Below, in pieces: positions 26,332 through 36,540 of a stretch of DNA of 46,699 nt. Source of the stretch: Myxococcota bacterium (GTDB lineage Bacteria; Myxococcota_A; Polyangia; Polyangiales; Sandaracinaceae); NCBI GenBank assembly GCA_036149055.1, contig JAYZQJ010000249.1, forward strand, positions 1 through 46,699, read 5' to 3'. The notes beneath the pieces were generated by a model, which was not told where the DNA came from, did not search any database, and saw nothing but the letters and a program-made list of their open reading frames with translations. Each line of letters begins with the position of its first letter. Within the stretch, counting starts at the first letter, position 1. Made by a program: the position numbers and the translations under genes.

Positions 26332-28809
26332 ATGGAGTGGAGCCGACGACAGGGGCGCATCGCCGCGGGCGCGGCGCTCGGGATCATCGCGGTCCTCGCG
26401 TTCGCGCGACTGAACGCCTTCGGGATCTGGGATCCCTGGGAGCTGTCGGTCGCCGACCTCGCGCGTCAGCTCGCCTCGGGAGAGGCCGAGGCGCTCGATC
26501 GGCCGCCGCTGACCCCGTGGCTGATCGCGCGGGGCTTCACGCTGTTCGGCATTCACGAGTGGTCGGGCCGGCTGCCGATGGCCCTGAGCGGGCTCGGTGC
26601 GGTGGCGCTCTGCTTCTGGCTCGTGTCCCGCTTCGCCGGGCGCCGCGCCGGCACCTGGGCCGCGCTCGTCGCCGGCTCGAGCCCCCTGTTCCTGTTCAAC
26701 GCGCGGCAGATGCTCGGCGCGTCGCCGGCGTTCCTCACCTCGGGCGCGGTGTTCCTCTGCGCGATGAGCGCGGTGTTCCTCCCGGTCGCCCCGGCGGCGG
26801 AGGAGAAGCGCCGCAAGATCGCGCTCGGGCTCTGGCTGGCCGGGCTCGCGGTCAGCGTGGTGCTCGCCGCCCTCGCGAGCGGCGTGCTACTCGGCGTGGC
26901 CCCTCCCCTGCTGGCCGTCGGCGTGGCGATCGCCGCGCGCGGAGAACTGAAGCGCCCGTTCGCCGACGCGCGCCGCTACTACGTGGCCGGCGGGGTGCTC
27001 GCGCTCGCGCTGGTCGTGCTCGCCCTGACCGGCCGGGCGATCTGGGCCGACTACGCCGACTTCGGCCTCTGGACCGGCGGCGTCCCGCGCGGCGGCGATC
27101 CGCCCACCTGGGAGGTCGGCATCGAGCGGATCTTCCACGGCTTCGCGCCCTGGAGCGCGCTGCTGCCGCTCGCGCTCGCGCGCCTGCTGATGGGCACGCC
27201 GAACGCGGTCGAGCAGGACGCCGATCGGAGCGAGCCCCGGCTCCTCGGGCCGATCCGCAAGACGCCGGCGATCTCCTTCCCGGAGGAGAACGCGCTCCGG
27301 CTCGCGCTCGTCGCCTGGGTGGCCTTCGGCTTCCTCGCCCAGACGCTCTTCGCCGCCCGCTTCGGGCCGGCCACCTTCCTCCCGCTCGTCGGCGCCGCGG
27401 CCGCGGTGGCGATCGTGCTCCACGACGTGGAGCGCACGCCGCGCGGCTGGTGGGGCACCGCGGTGGTCACCTTCCTCTTCGTCGGCCTGATCGTGCGCGA
27501 CTTCCGCGCCTACCCGGCCGGGCCCATCGAGGGGCTGCCGGTCGACGGCATCGAGGTGCCGGAGGTGTTCAACCCCCGGTACGTCTGGGCCGCGGTCCTG
27601 ATGGCCTTCGGCGGCCTGATGGCGCTCGGGCTCGCGGCCGATCCCTCGAGCGAGCACCGCGCCTTCCGCGACGACGCGCGCGGCGTGTGGCGCCTCTTCG
27701 TCCCGGCCCGCCTCATCCGCGAGCAGTGGGACCGCGGGGTTGGCTTCAAGATCTGGATCGTCGTGATCGGGCTGATCGGCCTGGCGATCTTCGCCTTCGG
27801 CGCCGCCGCCTGGGTCGCGCCCGAGGCGATCGCCCAGCCCTTCCAGATGACCACGCTGGCCATCCGCGTCGGCCGCGCCTTCCTCTTCATTCTCCCCGGG
27901 ATCGCGCTCGCGATCGGCGCGGTGCGCCTCCTGCTGTTCCTCTTCGCGCGGCTCGGCAGCTACCGCCTCCTCCCCGGCATCGCGGCCGGCGTGGCGGTGG
28001 GCGCCTACGCGGCGCTGGTGTTCCAGCCGCAGCTCAGCAGCCACTTCTCGCCGCGCGAGGTCTACGACACCTACAACCAGCTGGCCTCGGAGGGCGAGCC
28101 CCTCGGCGAGTTCCGGGTCGGGGGCCGCGCGGCCGCCTACTACGCGTCCGGCGAGATCGTGGAGCTCGACAGCCAGGCGGAGCTCATCCAGTTCCTCCAG
28201 CGCGACGAGCGGGTGTGGGCCGCCTTCCGGGCCGACGACCTGGCCTCGATCGACCGCGACTTCCGCCGCCGGAGCGGCGACCACGTCTTCGTCGCCGACG
28301 CCCGCAGCGCCCGGATGCTGCTGGCGACCAACCGCCCGGTCGAGGGCGTCGAGAACCAGAACTATCTGGCCGACGCGGTGCGGGACGAGCCCCCCGCCAT
28401 CCAGCACCCGGTCGACGTGAGCTTCGACGACCGCATCGAGCTGCTCGGGATCGACCTCGATCTCCCGCACGAGAGCTACGTCGGCCCCGGCGAGACGTTC
28501 ACGATCACCTGGTACTTCCGGGTGCTCGCGCCGGTGCCCGGCAGCTACCAGCCCTTCGTGCACATCGACGGCCCGGGCATGCGCATCAACGGCGATCACG
28601 TCCCGGTGGACGGGCGCTACCCGGTGCGGCTCTGGGAGCCGGGCGACATCGTGGTCGACCGTCAGGAGCTCACCGTCCCGGCGAACTACCGCCGCGGGAA
28701 CCTCACGATCTACATGGGCTTCTACGCCGGCGAGTCCCGCCTCGAGGTGAAGCGGGGCCCGGCGGACGAAGAGGACCGGGCCCGCGCCGGCGTGCTCCCC
28801 ATCCGCTAG
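26332..28809 (+). CDS. GT-C fold (ArnT/PMT-like) membrane glycosyltransferase with C-terminal soluble domain
   Basis: GIWDPWE, DRPPLTPWL..LFGIHEWSGRLP and many TM helices. C-terminal ITWYF..FVHIDG..DHVPV..WEPGDIVVD beta domain. Confidence 0.8.
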   Translation: MEWSRRQGRIAAGAALGIIAVLAFARLNAFGIWDPWELSVADLARQLASGEAEALDRPPLTPWLIARGFTLFGIHEWSGRLPMALSGLGAVALCFWLVSRFAGRRAGTWAALVAGSSPLFLFNARQMLGASPAFLTSGAVFLCAMSAVFLPVAPAAEEKRRKIALGLWLAGLAVSVVLAALASGVLLGVAPPLLAVGVAIAARGELKRPFADARRYYVAGGVLALALVVLALTGRAIWADYADFGLWTGGVPRGGDPPTWEVGIERIFHGFAPWSALLPLALARLLMGTPNAVEQDADRSEPRLLGPIRKTPAISFPEENALRLALVAWVAFGFLAQTLFAARFGPATFLPLVGAAAAVAIVLHDVERTPRGWWGTAVVTFLFVGLIVRDFRAYPAGPIEGLPVDGIEVPEVFNPRYVWAAVLMAFGGLMALGLAADPSSEHRAFRDDARGVWRLFVPARLIREQWDRGVGFKIWIVVIGLIGLAIFAFGAAAWVAPEAIAQPFQMTTLAIRVGRAFLFILPGIALAIGAVRLLLFLFARLGSYRLLPGIAAGVAVGAYAALVFQPQLSSHFSPREVYDTYNQLASEGEPLGEFRVGGRAAAYYASGEIVELDSQAELIQFLQRDERVWAAFRADDLASIDRDFRRRSGDHVFVADARSARMLLATNRPVEGVENQNYLADAVRDEPPAIQHPVDVSFDDRIELLGIDLDLPHESYVGPGETFTITWYFRVLAPVPGSYQPFVHIDGPGMRINGDHVPVDGRYPVRLWEPGDIVVDRQELTVPANYRRGNLTIYMGFYAGESRLEVKRGPADEEDRARAGVLPIR

Positions 28810-28858
28810 TGCGGTCCTCCCCTTCCCGCGGCGCCTCGTCGGTGATAGGGACGAGCCC

Positions 28859-29242
28859 ATGGCGGACGAGGGGACCGATGGCGGGGGCGCCGATCGCCGC
28901 ACCTACGAGCGCTTCGACACCGAGCTGAGCGTGGACTGGGCGAGCGAGGACCACTTCCTCTTCTCGTACATCACGAACATCAGCGAGATGGGCATCTTCA
29001 TCCGCACGGACGAGCCGGCGGTGGTGGGGACGCGCCTGAGCCTGCGCTTCGGGCTGAGCGACCAGGATCCGCTCGATCTCGACGGCGAGGTCGTGTGGAT
29101 CAACCCGGTGCGCCAGGGCGGCGACAACCTCAACCCCGGCATGGGGGTGCGCTTCACCAGCCTCTCGCCCGAGCAGCGCGAGCGGGTGGTGACGATGGTG
29201 AAGACCATCGCCTACCTGCAGGACGACGAGCCGGAGAGCTGA
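28859..29242 (+). CDS. PilZ-domain protein (myxobacterial TIGR02266-like)
   Basis: RRTYER (RxxxR), NISEMGIFIRT (NxSxxG), GEVVWIN, PGMGVRF. Confidence 0.9.
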   Translation: MADEGTDGGGADRRTYERFDTELSVDWASEDHFLFSYITNISEMGIFIRTDEPAVVGTRLSLRFGLSDQDPLDLDGEVVWINPVRQGGDNLNPGMGVRFTSLSPEQRERVVTMVKTIAYLQDDEPES

Positions 29243-29250
29243 AGCGTCTT

Positions 29251-29820
29251 TCAGGCGGCGTGGCGCCAGCGATAGGGGCGCCGGCCGCCGGTGAGCAGCC
29301 CGCCGATCGGCGTCGGATCGATCGCGGCCTCGATCTCCTCGGCGGCGACCGTCTCGCTCCACTCGACGACGTTGATGCGATCACCGAGGTCCTCCTCCCA
29401 GGTGACGAGGCAGTCCACCCAGACCAGCTCGCGCCGCGGCCGGTGACGGCGCCGCGGGAGGGGCGGCGGCCGGCCGCGGAGGCAGCGCGCGAGCTCCTCG
29501 CGGGCGCCGTGCGGCATGTCGAGGAACGAGAGGCCCATGCTCGCCGGCTCCTCGCCGATCCGCGGAGTGCTGCGCACGACCTCGGCGAAGAGGCTCAGCT
29601 CGCCGTGCAGCCACCACCCCGGCGGCGTGAAGGAGACCACGAGGCTCTCGCCGCGGCCGAGCCGGGTACCCGCCGCGACCTGCATGCCCTCCGGCGAGAG
29701 ATCGAGCACCCGGTGCGGGCGGACGTGCTCCCACTCGGTCGAGGCCAGCTCCGCTTCGAGACGGACGGCGCGACGCAGGGAACGACGGGAGCCGGGGAGC
29801 ACGGTGGCGGGCTGCAGCAT
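29251..29820 (-). CDS. PilZ-domain protein
   Basis: RRSLRR, DLSPEG, AEVVRS, MGLSF; GGAGG RBS before ATG 29820. Confidence 0.8.
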   Translation of the reverse strand: MLQPATVLPGSRRSLRRAVRLEAELASTEWEHVRPHRVLDLSPEGMQVAAGTRLGRGESLVVSFTPPGWWLHGELSLFAEVVRSTPRIGEEPASMGLSFLDMPHGAREELARCLRGRPPPLPRRRHRPRRELVWVDCLVTWEEDLGDRINVVEWSETVAAEEIEAAIDPTPIGGLLTGGRRPYRWRHAA

Positions 29821-29884
29821 GGGGACCTCCTGAGGCGAGCCCACACTGTGCCGACTCATCCCACATGCTCCAAGAAAGCCGCCG

Positions 29885-30790
29885 CTATCGGACCTCGAAC
29901 GGCGAGCCGGTGAGCGCGTAGCGATCTCCGACCCAGCCGCCGCGGGCCGCGGTGACCTTGTCCGGCTCGATGTCGAAGAGCCAGAGCCCCTCCCGATCGT
30001 CCTGGGTCGTGCTGCCCGCCCCGAAGAGCGAGGCGCGCAGCCCGTCGACCTTCACGTGGAAGCAGTGGTGCACGTGGCCGTGGAGGATGGCGCCGCGCTC
30101 GAGGCTCGCGCACTTCGCCAGGAACGCCTCGGCGTTGACCAGGCCGTGGGTGAACGAGTCGGGCTTGCCGGAGGCGAGCCGCGGCGCGTAGTGGGTGATC
30201 ACGAAGACGAAGCGCCCCGCGAGCCTCGAATCATTCAGGATACGACCGAGCCCGTCGATCTGCGGATCGGGGATGCGACCGCTCGATCGCCAGGGATGTG
30301 GGTTGGGTCGGGCCGAGTTCACGGCGACGACCGCGATCGTGTCACCGACGAGACGCACGATCGGCCAGTCCCCGTCGGTCCGGAGCTCCGGCAGATCGGT
30401 CTCGAGCAGATCGCCGAAGAAGCGCTCGAACCGCCCCACCGCGTCGGGCACGTAGACGTCGTGGTTGCCGGGCACGGTGACGAAGCCGAGCGGCGCCTCG
30501 GTGAGCGGCGCGATCACGTCGCGGGCCGCGGCGAGCTCCGCCTCGGTGCCCAGCACCGTGTAGTCGCCGGTGCAGAGAACGAGGTCGACTCCACGTTCGC
30601 GCCAGAAGCGATCGAGAACCTTCACCTTTTCGCGGACGCGGCGAAAGTGCTTCCCCCGGCGGAGCACCAGGTTCGCGCCGCCCATCAGCCGCTTGCCCGC
30701 CCACCCGCCGAGCGGCACGTGGCGGAGCGGGACGTCGACGTGGATGTCCGAGACGTGGAGGACGCGGACGGCGCCTTCGGGCTTGTCCAT
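29885..30790 (-). CDS. Calcineurin-like metallophosphoesterase (CpdA-like)
   Basis: HVSDIH, TGDYT, VPGNHD, THYAP, LHGHVH. Confidence 0.9.
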   Translation of the reverse strand: MDKPEGAVRVLHVSDIHVDVPLRHVPLGGWAGKRLMGGANLVLRRGKHFRRVREKVKVLDRFWRERGVDLVLCTGDYTVLGTEAELAAARDVIAPLTEAPLGFVTVPGNHDVYVPDAVGRFERFFGDLLETDLPELRTDGDWPIVRLVGDTIAVVAVNSARPNPHPWRSSGRIPDPQIDGLGRILNDSRLAGRFVFVITHYAPRLASGKPDSFTHGLVNAEAFLAKCASLERGAILHGHVHHCFHVKVDGLRASLFGAGSTTQDDREGLWLFDIEPDKVTAARGGWVGDRYALTGSPFEVR

Positions 30791-30793
30791 CGT

Positions 30794-31843
30794 TCAGGGC
30801 CAGGTGGCGGAGCCGCGGAGGCCGGCCCCCTCGTCGAGCCCGAAGCGCACGTTGAGGCACTGGATCGCCTGCCCGCTCGCGCCCTTCACCAGGTTGTCGA
30901 TCGCGCCCTGCGCGACCACCCAGCCGCTGCGCGCGTCGTCGGTGTAGGAGATCATCGCCCGGTTCGAGCCCCGCACCCAGAGGGTATCGGGGTAGCTATC
31001 GGGGTCGAGCACGTGCACCGAGGGTGATCCTTCGTAGAAGGCCCGCGCCAGCTCGGTGCAGCGGACCGCGTTCACGCCCGCGCTCGGCCGGAGGTAGATC
31101 GTCGAGAGGATGCCCCGAGTCATCGGCACCAGGTGGGGCGAGAAGATCACCCGCACCGCCTGCCCGGCGAGCTGCGTCAGCTCCTGCTCGATCTCCGGCG
31201 TGTGGCGGTGCCGGCCGGCGATCGCGTAGGCCCGGAAGCTCTCCGCGGTCTCGGGGTAGTGGGTCCGGGGCTTGGCGCCCCGCCCCGCGCCGCTCACCCC
31301 GCTCTTGGCGTCGATGACGATCGGGCCGTCCACCGTGACCGCCCCCTCGCGCAGCAGCGGCGCGATCGGCAGGATGCTGGCGGTCGGGTAGCAGCCGGGC
31401 ACCGCGATCAGATCGGCCTCCCGGAGCGCGCCCCGGTGCAGCTCGGGGAGCCCGTAGACGGCGCGGCCCACGCGGTCGGGATCGCCGTGCTCGCCGTACC
31501 ACTGCCGGTACACGTCGAGGCTCGAGAGCCGGTAGTCGGCGGACAGATCGAGGACCACCAGGCCCGCGTCCCGCAGCTCTCCGACCTTCTCGGCGCTCGC
31601 CCCGTGCGGCAGGGCGCAGAACACCGCCTGGGCGCGCTCGGCGATCGCGGCCGGGTTCCAGGCTTCGACCTCCCCGTCCACCAGCCCCATCAGGCTGGGC
31701 AGCACGGAGGCGATCGGCTCACCCGCGGTCGAGTTCCCGACCAGGGAGACCAGCTCGACCTCGGGGTGGCCTCGGAGCAAGCGGACGAGCTCGGCGCCCG
31801 TGTATCCGGTGGCTCCGACGACGGCGACTTTGACGTTCGGCAC
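30794..31843 (-). CDS. argC: N-acetyl-gamma-glutamyl-phosphate reductase
   Basis: VVGATGYTGAEL, FCALPHG, DLSADYRL, VPGCYPTA, DAKSGVSGAG, HRHTPEI, IDNLVKGASGQA. Confidence 0.97.
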   Translation of the reverse strand: MPNVKVAVVGATGYTGAELVRLLRGHPEVELVSLVGNSTAGEPIASVLPSLMGLVDGEVEAWNPAAIAERAQAVFCALPHGASAEKVGELRDAGLVVLDLSADYRLSSLDVYRQWYGEHGDPDRVGRAVYGLPELHRGALREADLIAVPGCYPTASILPIAPLLREGAVTVDGPIVIDAKSGVSGAGRGAKPRTHYPETAESFRAYAIAGRHRHTPEIEQELTQLAGQAVRVIFSPHLVPMTRGILSTIYLRPSAGVNAVRCTELARAFYEGSPSVHVLDPDSYPDTLWVRGSNRAMISYTDDARSGWVVAQGAIDNLVKGASGQAIQCLNVRFGLDEGAGLRGSATWP

Positions 31844-31930
31844 GGCCTGTCTCTGCCCTCTTTGCTCCCGCTCCGCAACCCCTCTGCCCCGCGGTCCGGC
31901 TCGCGGCTGCGACTCGCGGAGACGGAATGC

Positions 31931-31962
31931 AGAAACCCTCCGCGCGCGAGGCGAGGAGGGTT
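31931..31962 (-). terminator. Probable terminator after rpsI
   Basis: AACCCTCC (31934-41) / GGAGGGTT (31955-62) stem with a short A-run on its left side. Confidence 0.5.
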
Positions 31963-31983
31963 CCGGGATTCCAGGAGCGCGGA

Positions 31984-32388
31984 TCAGCGCTTCGAGTACT
32001 GGAACTTCTTGCGGGCTCCGGGCTGACCGGGCTTCTTCCGCTCCTTCTTGCGGGAGTCGCGGGTCAGGAAGCCGGCCTTCTTGAGCGCGCCGCGGTGCTC
32101 CGCGTCGACGTTCAGGAGGGCACGGGAGATCCCGTGACGCACCGCCTCGGCCTGGGACGCGACGCCGCCTCCCGTGACCGTCACCTGCACGTCGAACTTG
32201 CCGCGCGCCTCGAGCACGTCGAAGGGCTGCTGCACGACCATGCGAAGGGTCTCGCGGGGGAAGTAGTCCTCGAACGTGCGGCCGTTGACCGTCACGTTGC
32301 CCTCGCCGGGGCTGAGGAAGACGCGCGCGATCGCGTTCTTGCGCTTGCCGGTGCCGTACGGACGGCCGTGGATCGTCGCCTGGGGCAT
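31984..32388 (-). CDS. rpsI: 30S ribosomal protein S9
   Basis: [50 protein letters not shown]. Confidence 0.99.
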   Translation of the reverse strand: MPQATIHGRPYGTGKRKNAIARVFLSPGEGNVTVNGRTFEDYFPRETLRMVVQQPFDVLEARGKFDVQVTVTGGGVASQAEAVRHGISRALLNVDAEHRGALKKAGFLTRDSRKKERKKPGQPGARKKFQYSKR

Positions 32389-32404
32389 GACTGTCGAAAT
32401 CCTC

Positions 32405-32842
32405 TCAGAGCTTCAGCGGCTCGGGCTTCTGCGCCGCGTGCGGGTGCGTCGGCCCCGCGTAGACCTTGAGCTTGGCGCGGAGCTTCCGCCCGAGCTTCGT
32501 CTTGGGAAGCATCCCACGGACCGCCTTCTCGATGGCGATCTCCGGCTTGCGCTGGAGCAGCAGCCGGTAGGGCTCCGACTTGAACCCGCCCGGGATGCCC
32601 GAGTGGGTGTGGAGGTGCTTCTGGGTGAGCTTGTTGCCGGTCAGCCGAACCTTCTCGGCGTTGACCACCACCACGAAATCACCCGTGTCGGTGTTGGGGG
32701 TGAAGGCGGGGTTGTGCTTGCCGCGGATGACCTTGGCAATCTCGGAAGCGAGCCGACCGAGCGGCTTGTCCGTGGCGTCCACCACGTGCCACTTCCGCTC
32801 GACCTCGGCCGTCTTCACGGCGCGCGTAGTATGCGTGAGCAT
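32405..32842 (-). CDS. rplM: 50S ribosomal protein L13
   Basis: [52 protein letters not shown]. Confidence 0.99.
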   Translation of the reverse strand: MLTHTTRAVKTAEVERKWHVVDATDKPLGRLASEIAKVIRGKHNPAFTPNTDTGDFVVVVNAEKVRLTGNKLTQKHLHTHSGIPGGFKSEPYRLLLQRKPEIAIEKAVRGMLPKTKLGRKLRAKLKVYAGPTHPHAAQKPEPLKL

Positions 32843-32891
32843 CGAAAAGCCTCGAATGGGGCGCGCACGACCCGGCGCGCATGGGCGGCGT

Positions 32892-32920
32892 GGTTTAGCG
32901 GTGGCCCCGAGGGCTGTCAA
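32892..32920 (-). promoter_or_regulatory. Putative sigma70 promoter of rplM-rpsI
   Basis: TTGACA-N17-TAAACC followed by a GC-rich discriminator. Confidence 0.6.
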
Positions 32921-32999
32921 GCGAACACAGCTTCCCCGATGGGGCTGGCCGGCCTCGGGTCTACGTTGCTACGGTCGGCTCCTCTGGCGCGGCCCGCCC

Positions 33000-35684
33000 A
33001 TGACCGAAGCCCGCACGCACAGCCAGCGCCCGAGCGAGGCGCCCCGGCCCACGGTGGAAGACCCCGGCCTCTCCACCCTGGAGCAGCCGGAGCCCGGCAC
33101 GTTCGAGCCCAATCGCTGGCTCCGGTGGCTCTATACCCGCTTCTTCCGCCACATGCGGATCGACGAGAAGTGGAGCCACCACGTCCGCGAGTCGGCGGCC
33201 CAGGGGATCGTCGTCTACGTGATGCGGTCGATCTCGGTGCTCGACTTCCTCTGCCTCGACTACCTGGTGAAGCGCTTCCGGCTCCCGCTCGTCCGCTTCG
33301 TCAACGATCTCGGGCTCTGGATCCTCGAGCCGTTCGGCCGCGGCGGGCGACGCCTGCGCCTCCGGCGGCAGATCCCGCAGGAGGAGGCGCTCGCCAAGGT
33401 CATTCACGAGCACGAGAGCGCCCTGCTCTTCCTGCGGCGGCCGCCCGGCCTCGGCGAGAAGCGCACCGGTCAGGGGCTCGACGTCGATCTCATCCGCACG
33501 CTCATCGAGCAGGCGCGCAAGGTCGACCGCCCGATCCTGCTCGTCCCCCAGACCTTCGTCTGGACCAAGCGGCCGCCGAGCAAGAAGCCCACGCTGGTGG
33601 ATCTCGTCTTCGGCCCGAGCGAGTGGCCGGGCCGGCTGCGGGTGTTCCTCCGCTTCCTGCTCAACTACCGGAACGCGCAGCTGCGGAGCGGGGAGCCCTT
33701 CGATCTCTCCGCGTTCCTCGACGAGCACCAGGATCTGACCGACGCCGAGGCGGCCGATCGCATCCGCTACGCGGTGCTGCGGCGCATGGAGCGAGAGCGC
33801 CAGATCGTGCTCGGGCCGGCGAAGAAGACGGCCGGCCGGATCCGCGAGGAGCTCATCCGGAGCCCTCGGGTCCGCACCCACATCGAGCGGCACGCGCGCG
33901 AGCGCGGGATCTCCATCGAGAAGGCGGAGAAGGAGGCCGACAAGGAGCTCCGCAAGCTCTGCGCGATGATGGATCCGAACGCGATCAACCTCTTCGCCCG
34001 GATCCTCACCTGGGTCTTCACCCGCATCTACGACGGGTTCGTGCTCGACCAGGAGGGGCTCGAGCGGGTGCGGGAGGCGGCCCGGCGGGGGCCGCTGATC
34101 CTCCTGCCGTCCCACAAGAGCCACGTGGACTACCTCGTCCTGAGCTACGTGATGGCCCAGAACGCGGTGTCGCCGCCGCTCATCGCCGCGGGGGACAACC
34201 TCTCCTTCTTCCCGCTCGGCCCGTTCCTGCGGCGCTCGGGCGCCTTCTTCATCCGCCGGTCGTTCAAGGGCCGGAGGCTCTACACCGCGCTGGTCGACGC
34301 CTACCTCCGCAAGATCCTGGTGGAGGGCTGGAACGTCGAGTTCTTCATGGAGGGCGGGCGCTCCCGCACCGGCAAGCTCCTCCCGCCGAAGCTCGGGCTG
34401 CTGTCGATGGTGGTCGACGCCGGCCTCAAGCTGCCCTCCACCCAGGTGAGCTTCGTGCCGATCTCGGTCGGCTACGAGCGCGTCATCGAGCAGGGAGCCT
34501 ACGCGCACGAGCTCGGGGGCGGCGAGAAGGAGCCGGAGAGCGTCGGCGGCCTGCTCCGCACCTCCACCGTGCTCCGCTCGCGCTACGGCCGGCTCTACAT
34601 CCAGTTCGGCGAGATCTTCGAGCTCGACGAGCTGCTGGCCGAGTCCGCGCGCCTCCGCGGCGACGAGGAGCCCGAAGATCTGCGCGAGCTCCGGCCGGCC
34701 GAGCGGCGCGCCCTCATCAACCGCATCGCCCACCGCGTCACCCACGAGATCGACCGGGTCACCACGGTGACGCCCGCCTCGCTCGTCGCCACCGCGCTGA
34801 TGAGCCACCGCAAGCGCGGCATGTCCAAGGCCGACCTCGTCGAGCGCGCGGCGCACCTGCTCGCGGCGCTCTCCCGCTTCGGCGCCCGGATCGCCCGCCC
34901 GGTGATCGACGACGAGTCGGACTACCGCCCGGGGCAGGCCCTGAGCGCGGCCGAGGCGCGCGCCCTGCTCCGGGACGACGCGATCGAGGAGACGATCGCG
35001 CTCTTCGCCGACGCGAAGCTCCTGACCCTCGACAAGGTGGAGGGGGAGCGCGTGCTGACCGTGCCGAGCGATCGGAGGATCGCGCTCGAGTACCACGAGA
35101 ACACGCTGATCAGCTTCTTCGTGCCCAGCGCGCTGATCTCCGCCGGCCTGCTCTCGCTCTCGAACGGCGAGGAGCGCGGCCCCATCGAGGATCGGCTCCG
35201 GGAGCGGGTCGCCAACCTCTCCCGCCTCTTCAAGTACGAGTTCATGTACCGGGCGGACGCGACCTTCGACGAGATCTTCGACGACGCGCTCCGCGGCATG
35301 ATCGAGGCCGGCGAGGTCGAGCGCGACGACGGCGTGCTGCGCCCGGTCGAGGGCTCGCTCGTGCCGGTCTACGCGTCGCTGCTCCGCAGCTACTTCGAGG
35401 CCTACCGCCTGACGGTGCGCGCGCTCGACGCCCTGCCCGAGGGCGAGGTGAAGAAGAAGGACTGGGTGAAGCAGACCCTGGCCCGCGGCCGCCGCCTCTT
35501 CGCCACCGGCGAGGTGGAGCTCGAGGAGGCGCTGTCGCGGCAGAAGATCGAGAACGCCCTGAGCGCGTTCCACGATCTCGGGCTCGTGCGGGTCAGCCGG
35601 GACTCGGTCGAGCGCGGCGCGGCGCTGGCGGACGCCGAGATCATCGGCACCTACGATCGCCGGCTCGCGTCCTACCTGCGCTGA
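33000..35684 (+). CDS. plsB: Glycerol-3-phosphate O-acyltransferase
   Basis: LPSHKSHVDY (HX4D), AAGDNL, GAFFIRRSF, FFMEGGRSRTGKLL, ELGGGEKEPES. ATG 33000 is the assumed start. Confidence 0.9.
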   Translation: MTEARTHSQRPSEAPRPTVEDPGLSTLEQPEPGTFEPNRWLRWLYTRFFRHMRIDEKWSHHVRESAAQGIVVYVMRSISVLDFLCLDYLVKRFRLPLVRFVNDLGLWILEPFGRGGRRLRLRRQIPQEEALAKVIHEHESALLFLRRPPGLGEKRTGQGLDVDLIRTLIEQARKVDRPILLVPQTFVWTKRPPSKKPTLVDLVFGPSEWPGRLRVFLRFLLNYRNAQLRSGEPFDLSAFLDEHQDLTDAEAADRIRYAVLRRMERERQIVLGPAKKTAGRIREELIRSPRVRTHIERHARERGISIEKAEKEADKELRKLCAMMDPNAINLFARILTWVFTRIYDGFVLDQEGLERVREAARRGPLILLPSHKSHVDYLVLSYVMAQNAVSPPLIAAGDNLSFFPLGPFLRRSGAFFIRRSFKGRRLYTALVDAYLRKILVEGWNVEFFMEGGRSRTGKLLPPKLGLLSMVVDAGLKLPSTQVSFVPISVGYERVIEQGAYAHELGGGEKEPESVGGLLRTSTVLRSRYGRLYIQFGEIFELDELLAESARLRGDEEPEDLRELRPAERRALINRIAHRVTHEIDRVTTVTPASLVATALMSHRKRGMSKADLVERAAHLLAALSRFGARIARPVIDDESDYRPGQALSAAEARALLRDDAIEETIALFADAKLLTLDKVEGERVLTVPSDRRIALEYHENTLISFFVPSALISAGLLSLSNGEERGPIEDRLRERVANLSRLFKYEFMYRADATFDEIFDDALRGMIEAGEVERDDGVLRPVEGSLVPVYASLLRSYFEAYRLTVRALDALPEGEVKKKDWVKQTLARGRRLFATGEVELEEALSRQKIENALSAFHDLGLVRVSRDSVERGAALADAEIIGTYDRRLASYLR

Positions 35685-36517
35685 TGGCGGCAGACGTCGC
35701 GGAGCACGCAGGCTCCGCACTTCTCGGGGTCGCGCTTCGACGGGCACTGTCGCGAGACGCCGAGGTGGCAGAGGGCGAAGTCGTACTTCACCGGATCGTC
35801 GGGATCGAAGCGCCGGAGCTTCTCGGTGATCTCCTCGGCGGTCTTCCAGCTCGCGGTCTTGCGCTCGGTGAGGCGCACGTTGCGGGCGATCCGCTGGATG
35901 TGCGTGTCGACCGGGATGACCAGGTGCGCGGGGGAGACGGGCCAGATGCCGAGATCGACGCCGTCGGCCGGCCGGACCATCCACCGCAGGTAGAGCAGCA
36001 GGCGCTTGCAGGCGCTCCCGGCCCGCGGGTCGGGCACCAGGTGGGCCAGCCCGCGATCTGGATCGGGACCCCGCAGCGTCTCGGCGAGCTCGGCGAGCGC
36101 CTCCCGGAAGTCGCCCCGCGCCTCGAGCCGCCGCGCGAACGACGCGCCGAGCGAGCCCTCCTCGCGCCGGACACGCCCGGCGTTGGCGAGGAGCCGCGCG
36201 AGGTGCTCGCCGCGGTAGACCCGGTGCACGAAGCCGTCGAGCCGGCGCCGCAGCTTCGCCTCGCGCTCGGCCTCGATCACCCGCGACGGGTCGGGCCCGA
36301 GCGCGGCGAGGGCGCGCGTCACCGAGGCCCGGATCGCCACGACGTTGCCGAAGGCGAGCAGCGCGGCGACGAGCCCCACCACCTCCTGGTCGGCGCGCGG
36401 CGCCCGATGCACGAGGCCCACCGGATCGGAGTCGAGCCGGGCCGCGGCGTCGTGCGACGCGACCAGCGCGTCGAGCCGCTGCCCGAGCCGATCGAAGCGG
36501 TTGAGCCGGGGGGCCAT
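35672..36517 (-). CDS. TIGR02757/DUF2400-family protein with C-terminal Cys4 motif
   Basis: DPVGLVHR, AALLAFG, SACKRLLLYLRWMVR, DLGIW, IPVDTHI, DPDDPVKYDFALCHLG. Confidence 0.9.
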   Translation of the reverse strand: MAPRLNRFDRLGQRLDALVASHDAAARLDSDPVGLVHRAPRADQEVVGLVAALLAFGNVVAIRASVTRALAALGPDPSRVIEAEREAKLRRRLDGFVHRVYRGEHLARLLANAGRVRREEGSLGASFARRLEARGDFREALAELAETLRGPDPDRGLAHLVPDPRAGSACKRLLLYLRWMVRPADGVDLGIWPVSPAHLVIPVDTHIQRIARNVRLTERKTASWKTAEEITEKLRRFDPDDPVKYDFALCHLGVSRQCPSKRDPEKCGACVLRDVCRHQRR

Positions 36518-36540
36518 CGCTGCGGTATACCTCGCCCTCC

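Noticed and set aside
32580..32999. 140-aa N-terminal extension of PlsB in the ORF track
   Set aside because: It overlaps rplM and its promoter on the opposite strand; ATG 33000 is more plausible.
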